Under the pieces are notes generated by a model. The model was given only the letters and a program-made list of their open reading frames with translations. It ran no database searches and was not told the DNA's origin. DNA of 61,180 bases, counting the filler, from Catajapyx aquilonaris (taxonomy: Eukaryota): NCBI GenBank assembly GCA_000934665.2. It is 2 parts of 2 records of this genome, joined end to end, with 100 filler letters (N's around TTAATTAATTAA, not from the genome) between each part and the next. Parts side by side here need not be neighbours in the genome. Positions count along the whole stretch, not along the records: positions 30,606 to 61,180 come from JYFJ02004629.1; 1 more part is not named here. One strand, 5' to 3'. Made by a program: the position numbers and the translations under genes. Positions 52,072 to 61,180 of the stretch are shown piece by piece (positions within the stretch are counted from its first letter, which is position 1; the number at the start of each line of letters is the position of its first letter).

Positions 52072-53171
52072 AACCAGATATTAAGACTTGGAAGGGGAGA
52101 GAGATACCCTCCTGCATAGTTTCTACATGATCCATCTTGCAGTTCTTTTTTCCCTGCTTGCAAGTGGCCGCCAGTGTCCTCCACATAATGGGTATTAACC
52201 CTCCGACCATTTTAATCTCAGAATTCCAGGCAATGATTAAGGTAAATCTAGTCAGCTCTCTCGAGTTCGGTCTGTGCATTGTCTTCTGCTACCATTTGAG
52301 GAAATTAAGTCCTTCTGATGAGAGATGGCTTCCTTATTACTACTCGGATTATTACATCAGCCACGTTTATGCGTCATGGAGAGGCCTACCCACCGTGTGC
52401 ATGCTTTTTATTTCTTGTAGTCGTAAAGTGACAATAATTGCACTACCTGTCGCCACTCTTTGAGTAGTATAAAGCTGCCATGGCCAAAACCGCTGACAAA
52501 AAATTCGTGTGGTGCAATTGGTTTAGAGGCGCATAGTTTTGACATAATTTTTTCAAGTGGGAGAAAGCGTGTAGGAGAGGTGGGGGTAGGAAGGTATGGG
52601 TACTAGGACGAAACCAAGTCCCCCTTTTCCTCCCGCACAAAGGCATCCGATTGTTTCGGCCCAGCTTATCGATCCAGCCTCAGAGGCCAAAGGGTTAAAG
52701 GGGAACTCGTTGGGTTTCTCTCGCAGAATATACGGGCTCCCGGTTAAATAATGGCATCAACCGTGGACTTTGCGCCAATTCTCTTAGCTTTTCCAGGCGC
52801 TGCTCCCTCGTTACTGGGAAGGAAATTCTGTGAAATACTGCACTTTTTGCAAGGTGCCTGCAATTATGTTCTAAATGCCTCTGGCAGTTCGGTATAAAAT
52901 CAAGTTTTAAGGGTACAAGTTACCTGGAATTTTCGAATTTCTGCACGGTACAAGATGAATCACTCTAAAGTTGATCATGTGAATCCCAGTTATTCCAAAA
53001 TTATGTTAATATCCTATAATTATGAAGTATATACAAGTCATATACCATAATGATTGCAAACTGTTGATTATTAAAATACCCATGTACTGCACTGTGCCCA
53101 TGTACTGCACTGTGCCCATGTACTGTACTGTACAAGGTGTTTCTTACTAGCCAGTCGTCAGACCTGTAGCA

Positions 53172-53609
53172 TACTCGTTGGCTCAAGACAAGTTAAAAAT
53201 TCATGGGTAATAAATGTCGAGGGACCAACCGGTGACGAGGTAGACGGCCAGACACATTGGCCTGCCCCTAACACATGCTACAAACCACATGGCAGTCATT
53301 CAGAGAGAACATCTCGTGAATTTGCAGTGGGTGCCTATAGAGTAGGATATGAATGTGATATTTGTTACTTACTAGAAAAAGACTATGGGGTCGCCTCATA
53401 CATTGTAATCATTACCACAGTCACATCCTGCTCTCTAGGCATCCACTGCATATTCACTGCCCGTTACGCCTGCCAACCCCTGCAAAGTGGGCCATTTGTT
53501 TCTATCGGCAGGCCAATGTGTCTGGTCTTGTCCCTTGTCACCGGTTGGTTCCTCGACATTTCGGCCCCATACATTTATGACTTGGGGGGGGGGGGGGGCT
53601 AACGAGTAC
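53172..53609. mobile_element. MITE with long imperfect TIRs
   Basis: aaatgtcgagggaccaaccggtgac...ccagacacattggcctgcc mirrored by ggcaggccaatgtgtctgg...gtcaccggttggttcctcgacattt. Confidence 0.7.
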
Positions 53610-56600
53610 GTTGCCGACCGGTTGACCTAGTAAAAAACACCATGTAGTCTATAATTCTGCAATAATTATACTGTCTGTCAAAAAGTTCCGGCCAAACTCA
53701 CTATTGTGCGATACAACCATCAGCAGTCGCCCTAGGTGAAGTTAGGGGAAAAATCACGAGTGCCTCCCATCTGAGAACACCCGTTCCGCGCTGTTTTACT
53801 TACACAAAGTAGTTTTATGACAGTTCAAAGTGATCGGATGGATCTCTTTTTGTGGACTCATTATTGATGACAATTTCATCTTTCCTGACTTTCTTAAGAT
53901 GTGACCATTGCTATCATCTTAATATTCATGAATTCTTGCAACCAAAGCCGTAGATCCTTTCCACTGAGTGTTTGGCCAAATCTGTCTCCTACACATAAGG
54001 AATGCAGTTCTACGACCTTCGTACTCTGTATGTGGACCTATTGCAACTTATGTGATTCAGTATGTAACATATTCTTAGATCAACATAGTCTACTTATATC
54101 TATGTGTCAAGCATAGCTGAAGATCGGGGCAGTCAATGGCTGTTGAATTCTTGGCGAAATTATTTCAAGAATGTTGACGGCTAAATAGTGCTTACTTTTG
54201 AGAAGAGACAATAAATAATGACGATTATAAGAGTTTTGATTGTTCGCAACCTGTACCCGGCCCCCCTCCACATTCATTTCTGCCAAAGTTATAAATCTCA
54301 GTACAACAATCGGGGTAGGCCTATGTGAACTTCATCGAATGTCTCGTACTTTATGCAAATACTAACGAAGAACTACAATACGTACTAGTGCGTAATTGTC
54401 CCGATGATTTAGTTTTAGAGGCTTCACTTTTCACATGATGAAGCTCTTAAATGCTGTCATCATACATCAAGCAGCTATTGGCACATCAAAATATTTAATT
54501 TTTACCATGGTTGCTTTCATTATTGTCCTCATTATCCCTAGCACAAATATTAGTTCTATACTGTACTTTTCTCTAGATATATCTCTTCTCTACGTTGTCC
54601 GGATAAAATTAACTCCCTAAAAATTCTAATGCACTCTTATTGCAATAATTTAGTCAGCTGATTTTTGAAAACCTACTAAATGACCACATTATATTTACTC
54701 CTGTCCAGAAAATAATACACGACGCTTTGCAGAGGAATCCATGGAATTCAGGAGAACCTACATAATTCCGACTTTTGCAGGTGTTCACTCATCCGGCCTG
54801 TGATCCCTCGATCAGGATCCTGGCCACTAACACCGTATCACTACATACACGAAAGAGCAACAAATGGTGCCGTTGTGCTTTGTACCCACTGCACCGTGTC
54901 TCCGTTATTGCTCTGCCATAAAGAATGCACGGTGTGCTGTACGTGTCCGGCATGACATGGCGGACAGGTAGTTGTACCTGAAAGTAAAAGGCCAACTCCC
55001 CCTCTCTTTCTCCCCATCCTTTTCCACAGTGGTCACTGTAAGAGAAGTAACAAAATGCAGTTAACGCCTTTCAGATCCTACCGAGAGTAAAAGGTTGAGG
55101 TGCACACAGGGAGAGAGATTAATGGATAGGACCAGCTGCACCTGAAGCCCTTTCCGAAAGAGAGAACTAGAGAGAGGGCTTCAAGGGGGTAGAAAAAAAG
55201 AGTTTTCCTACGTTCTTTCATTCCGACCCATTTGACTCCTCTGGACAAAACGCCAGTTGGGTTAGGAAACCATTTTTCACATAAAATAGCACAGGAAATC
55301 AAGCGTGTTGATAAATGCTAATAGAACGTGTGCTGTACCGGCAGGGGTATTATGTGGACATCGATTTCTTCGTTCTAATTCGCTGAGGGAGATTCAAAAA
55401 GTTTGAATGTCAGACCAGAGGCATACGGCATTCAAAAGTTCTGAATATTTATTTAGTTTTGCACTTCATTTTTGGTAGTAGCTATATTCAAAACCAGGTG
55501 AATCCTGCCTTTTGATAAGATGAGCTGCAAAATCAAAATTGAGCCAGAGATCTCAAATACCATATGCTTTTAAGTGTTTGGATGAGGTACACATAAACAA
55601 ATTCCGTAAAGCTTAAGTTGGGATTCCCATAGGTTCAAACCCACAGTAGCGCCATCATGAGTAAGGCATTTAATTCGAACTCGTTCTCCGCGACATCCGG
55701 CGGAGCTCACCAGCGATTAGTTAACCAGCGCTTGATTTTGAAATCACACTTAACGTCATAGTGTTGCCGAGCATTTCCCTAAGAATTGTGTTTCAATATA
55801 ACTTAGGGGTAAACTGCCATGTGCCTCCTGATCCAGAGGCAATAATATATTGGTCCAGAGAACAACCTAAAAAGTGAACTGTCACGACAGACCCCTGCAC
55901 ATGGGTTTGCAGCGATAAAGTAAAATACACAAAGTAAATTAATTATTATTTTAGGGTGTTAATACGTAGATACTACAAATTTCACTGTTTATTTTCTAGG
56001 CAACAATGTTATTTGTTCCTACCGGGAAATAGGATCACTTTAGCAGGTCTGGATTCATGTCGCGGGAGGTACGTACAAAACAACATTGTTGCCGATAAAA
56101 TAAATAATGAAGCTGTTTACAAAAGTTCCCAGGCATCGCACATGGGTCAAGTATTCCACAGGGTGGAGCAGTACATTTGGGCGCTTACCAAAGGTAAGAG
56201 TATCAATCATGCCGGTAAGATTCTCGGCAGGTGATAACTTATATGAAAATGAAGAGGGAGTCTCATATAGGAAAATTGCGCAAATGCCCTGTGCATCTAC
56301 CAAAGGAATACGCGTGTTTCGGGGATGGGCACACCCAATGTTATGTACAGTAATGAATTAAAATAAGTTCGTTTCGAAACTCAAAGATGGAAGAACTGAC
56401 CAAATTTTGAAGTTGTAGATGGTGTTGAAGATGATGATAATTGCGTAAGTTCTATCACAATCCGTCGCGTAATTTATTTCATCATTTAATACGCATTTAA
56501 AAATTAGATGCATTTGAAATGTTGAATGATGATGGTTTTAAATTTAATTAACCATTTCAGGAAATAACTGACAGCTCAGTAACTGACAAGAGGTTCATAG

Positions 56601-58097
56601 CTCCTCAACGAATAGCGATATTTCATTTACAAAGTGCAACTTAGATTATGCATCATTTGCCAGTGTAGGTAGATATTTCACTTTCAAATGAAATTGGAAG
56701 GGAAGCGGTGTATGAACTAACCTCGGGGAAGTGCATATAGCCCACCCCATGCATTATTACCTTCAATGATTGTTGACATCTCGAAAGCATATTGATCTCC
56801 ATTTTGCATTCTACATGCAGTAAATTAGTTTGAATAAGAGTGAATTGCAAGGAAAATGTCAACAATATTTGAGAAAAGGTAATTCTATGGATGGTCACTA
56901 CTATTTTAAGAATACGGCGCAGTATCTCACCTAACTTTTATCGGGATTGGCATTGAAGGGAGAACAACCTAACCTTGTCATCCAATCAGTCTGGCGACAA
57001 GACAAATGCCCCTATAGACTTAAGAGCAATCAATAGAATAATGAGGCAATTGGAAATGCAAGTGTAGGCCCATATACCAAAGTTTATGTCCCAGGTGTCG
57101 CAAAATGCAGTATATCATTCTCAACACTCCCCTTGTTCAGTTCTTTTTTCCCATATTATTCTCGCCTGTATTATTACAGGGATTTTTATCTCCGCAACAT
57201 TGCTCAGGTTCTATTCCCATTAATTTCTAGTGTGCAGCAATACGAGTGCTGGTCTTTCCCCGAAAAAAGGTCATCCATCTTCTGGAGTCCTCTCAGCCTC
57301 AAGCACCAATTAAGACAACCCAGGCTAATGTCGGACTTATCTAGAACATAAATCTAGATGAGAAGGGATGACATTTTTCCCCCGGTTTTTTACCTCACAA
57401 TTTTTTTGTTCTTGACGGAGGCGAGCATGACACAAGAAAGTCTGCCTTTTCTGTATATTGCACGGCCAAGAGAGCTACAAGAATGGCGTCAAAATTGCAA
57501 AAGAAACGAAGGGCAAAGGTGAGGATGAAAAGTAATGCTCTGATCCGTAAGATATGCCATACTATCCAGATATTATTACTCGCTAGGTTTTTCAAGAGGA
57601 TCGATTAGAAGCCGGTTTGAAACAAAATGGAAAGCCACTCCAGAGTTTTTAGGTCGCGGAAGGAAAAAAAGATTGCGTTGGATAATATTGATTCGTGTTT
57701 CTACATAGCGGAATAAGTGATCCCTTTGCTTCCAAATCGTCTCCATGTTCTGTGCAACAGCGCAAAATCGGGGAGAAGCAAGAAAAAACGGTATCAGGTT
57801 AGATGAGATAAATGACTCGCCGAAGGGGAAACACCTCTTTCAATCCGATAAATTGTACGACTTTACAGTGCATACGTCTAACAAGTATTGCTCAAATTAG
57901 TGGCTGGTTAAATGTTATTCGTGTTAAATATTGGGTAGATGATGATTACTCGGAATAGCAACATTAGTAGACCAACCACTATAGGCATTATTTTAAAAAT
58001 TCTTCTTCTTGTTGGTTGCAGGTGTTCAAAATTCCAAGTATTTTTGCACCCGAGAGGTTTCCAGCCAAAACTGCAGCAGAAGAGATGAAAAACTCAC

Positions 58098-58245
58098 CTT
58101 CAAAGTAGAAGGTCTCGTTCCAGCGAGGGTTGAGTGTGCGGCGCTTGATTTTGGTCTCCAGACGGTGTTTCTTGTCCGGCAGCAGTGTTACCCGCACGTA
58201 GGGGTCAGAGGTTCCTGACATGTCTTTGGCAGGTAGTTCCTTGGC
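58098..58245 (-). CDS. Syt7: Synaptotagmin 7 exon (C2A); earlier exons lie beyond the window
   Basis: ttattcAG|GCC...[59 protein letters not shown]. Confidence 0.96.
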
Positions 58246-59599
58246 CTGAATAAATAAAGTAACATAAAAAGTTCAGATCTTCATTTTTTTTCGTCTAGAG
58301 GATGGGACTGCAGTAGACTATTGGAAAACGCTCCTAGGTGCTCCACTCTCTTAACAAGTCTCTCACTGCTGAATTCAAGTATCCGTATTTTCTTTTCGGG
58401 ACTCGGATTTTGCCTCCGAGCGGAACCTGCCTGGCAATGTACTTGGAAACAAATTTTATGCCTTTTTCTGGATGAACGTGCCTGACTCTTGTGATGAAGT
58501 TGAAAGATTAATCTCCTTCACGCCCCCTCCTCTCAAGCAAAGCGGATTCAGTAGATACTTACATACTTACTTAGATAGGGAGAAATTTAGAATTAGCTAC
58601 CAGCATAATTATAAACTTAGATGGATTCCCTTCAACTGTAAATAATAAATACGCTCTCTTGAGTTGGATTACCTTATTGCATGAAATATGAATGAATCCG
58701 CGGCGTAAGGTACCCTACATAATTATAAATCCCGACAATATTAAACAACAATTTAGCGCGTGCATCTGGGTATCAAGTAGGTCTATCTATTTCCTTCGTA
58801 ATTTCTTTTTCACAATATTTGATCTATTGTTCACGTGTACTATCTGATGAGGGAAGTGTTTTTCTAGACAAAATGTGATATTGCCCAAAGGTCGTACTTT
58901 CATTTTGACCTTTCTAAGGTCAAAATGAAATTGCCTCACTTTGAATTAGGTGCTTGTAATAAGGTCACAGAAGTATAGGGTTCATAACGCGACCTTGTGT
59001 GCTCATATTGTTGTCAGGTTCTCTCATGATTGTTTTCAAACCTTTTCTTTGTAGACTACTGCATTCGAGAATCTGCCTGAGGCGTTTGCTGGAGCCAGGA
59101 TAGAAGACAGAAAATAATATTCGCTGCCATTGCGGAATTTTTCCGACTAAGGTATAGCCCAGTTTGCTCTAGACTCCATCATAGTTGGAGCCCTAGGAAG
59201 CTGGAACCCGGAAAAACGGAGAGAACCCATCGAAACTCTTTCCACATGAAAAAGTCTTTTCTTCGGCCCCAGATCGAACTCAGAACACAAAAGTGAAAGG
59301 TTGTGGCCACAATTATATCACCACATACAACCGACGCGTCACTTTCTCTCACTTCTTACGCATGATTTTCAACAAATCAACATAAAGCACCATGTCCCAG
59401 CCACACCTCCCTTCATTCTGGTTCAAAAATGACAATAGAGCATTGACTCCGAGGTCTGATTGCGCCTGATTGCAAGGCTTCAAGAAGTTGTGTGTATCTA
59501 ACGTGGTCGGCTGGTCACGAAAATAATATATTGCTATATCGAGCACGTGATCTGTGTTCGTCAATTTAACTGAGCCCAAAGTTTGGATACTAGTCCAGG

Positions 59600-61180
59600 T
59601 GCTAAGGGACAAATTTGACCCAAACTTTGCATTTTGTGACAAAAGTATGAAACTCGGTACAATTGTTCTTTGGACACTTCTGATCATATCTGGACGTGGA
59701 GCCACGATGACCCACCCCGGTGGAGGTCCATTTCGCAGGGTTGCCATAACTACCAGATGCAGCATCCTTTAGGACCTTGTATTGGGTGACAAAAACATGA
59801 AACTCGCCGCAATTGGTCTTTGGACACTTCTGAACATGTCTGGATGTGGGGCCATGATGGCTGACCCCGCTGTGGGTCACTTGCAGGGTTACCAGATCTA
59901 ACGGACCAAACATACATCTCTGCGAAGATCATGTGAATTGGGAGCTTGCATTCGGTGATAAAAACGTGAAACTCGGTACGGTAGTTCTTTGAACACATCT
60001 CAACATATTTGGACGTGGGGTCACGGTGGGTGACCCCTGGTGGCCTCGCCAGGGGTCACTATCGCGGAGTTGCCAAATCGAACATGTGTTGCACACCTTT
60101 ACATGAATAAGGGCCTTGCATTCGGTGATAAAACACTGATAAAACATGAAACTCGCCCCAATTGGTCGTTGGACACTACTGAACATGTCTGGAAGTGAGG
60201 CCACTATGGATGACCCCGCTGGGGGTCACTCGCAGGGTTGCCAGATCTAATGGGCTCTCTAAGTCAACTATGTGAATAGGGAGCTTGCATTCGGTGACAA
60301 AGACATGAAACTCGGTACAATATAGTTCTTTGCGCACTTCCGAACATATCTGGATGTGGGGCGACGATGACCCACCCCGGTGGAGGGCACTATCATGGTG
60401 TTGCCAAATCTAACAGACTGTACAACATGCGTTTATGTTTGAATAAGGGACTTGCATTTGGTGACAAAGACGTGAAACTTGGTAGAATTGTTCTTTGGAC
60501 ACTTCCGAACATATCTGGACGTGGAGCCACGATGACCCACCCCGAGGGAGGGCACTATCTCAGGGTTGCCATATCTAACAGAATGTGCAACATGTGTTTA
60601 TTTTTGAATAATGAGCTTGCATTCGGTGACAAAGCCATAAAACTTGGTACGTTAGTTCCTTGGACACCTCCGAACATATCTGGACGTGGAGCCATGATGA
60701 CCCACCTAATGCAAGCTCATTATTCAAATATAAACACATGTTGCACATTCTGTTAGATATGGCGACCCTGCGATAGTGCCCTCCCTCGGGGTGGGTCATC
60801 GTGGCTCCACGTCCATATATGTTCGGAAGTGTCCAAAGAACAATTCTACCAAGTTTCACGTCTTTGTCACCAAATGCAAGTCCCCTATTCAAACATAAAC
60901 GCATGTTGTACAGTCTGTTAGATTTGGCAACACCATGATAGTGCCCTCCACCGGGGTGGGTCATCGTCGCCCCACATCCAGATATGTTCGGAAGTGTGCA
61001 AAGAACTATATTGTACCGAGTTTCATGTCTTTGCCACCGAATGCAAGCTCCCTATTCACAGAGTTGACTTAGAGAGCCCATTGGATCTGGCAACCCTGCG
61101 AGTGACCCCCAGCGGGGTCATCCATAGTGGCCTCACTTCCAGACATGTTCAGTAGTGTCCAACGACCAATTGGGGCGAGT
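59600..61180. repeat. Tandem array (about 150-190 bp units) that inverts at about 60.66 kb into a long palindrome (foldback-like)
   Basis: Repeated gtgacaaa...gaaactcggtac...tggacacttc.gaacatatctgga.gtgg; 60151-60623 is the near-exact reverse complement of 60708-61180. Confidence 0.9.

Noticed and set aside
52195..52697. TTAA-CCCT...AGGG-TTAA piggyBac-like ends
   Set aside because: Inverted-repeat identity beyond 4 bp is poor.
55956..56400. ORF with faint resemblance to PIF1/Helitron helicase C-terminal motifs (FLPGNRITL, GQVFHRV)
   Set aside because: Diagnostic QFP and HGQLYVA motifs are absent; cannot be supported without an HMM search.
58898..58930. Perfect 15-bp hairpin tttcattttgacctt-tct-aaggtcaaaatgaaa
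   Set aside because: Real but too short and AT-rich to assign a function; probably a repeat remnant, and not a terminator in this context.

Overview
Eukaryotic (arthropod-type) genomic DNA, not prokaryotic, so most short ORFs in the track are spurious. Left half: a + strand FoxP transcription-factor gene. About 16 kb of upstream intron or flank is followed by 12 recognisable coding exons (16063-29775) encoding polyQ/Q-rich, C2H2 zinc finger, leucine zipper and forkhead regions. These include two mutually exclusive forkhead 3' exons (24682-24806 and 25399-25574). The start codon and final exon(s) were not found. A 100-bp assembly gap with an artificial TTAATTAATTAA linker (30506-30605) splits the window. 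Right half: a 5'-truncated P-element/THAP9-like transposase, many MITEs, tRNA-derived SINEs, a Helitron-like 3' end, minisatellite arrays, and the last four coding exons of Synaptotagmin 7 on the - strand (one GC-AG intron). The most striking unexplained structure is an intronic element (21646-21683) that is a perfect 38-nt reverse complement of the end of a FoxP forkhead exon plus its 5' splice site (22374-22411), with G-U-compatible extensions. It predicts a long-range pre-mRNA duplex over the donor that feeds the mutually exclusive exons, which could act as an A-to-I editing or splicing switch. All gene calls come from manual translation and recognition of family motifs; no database searches were run.
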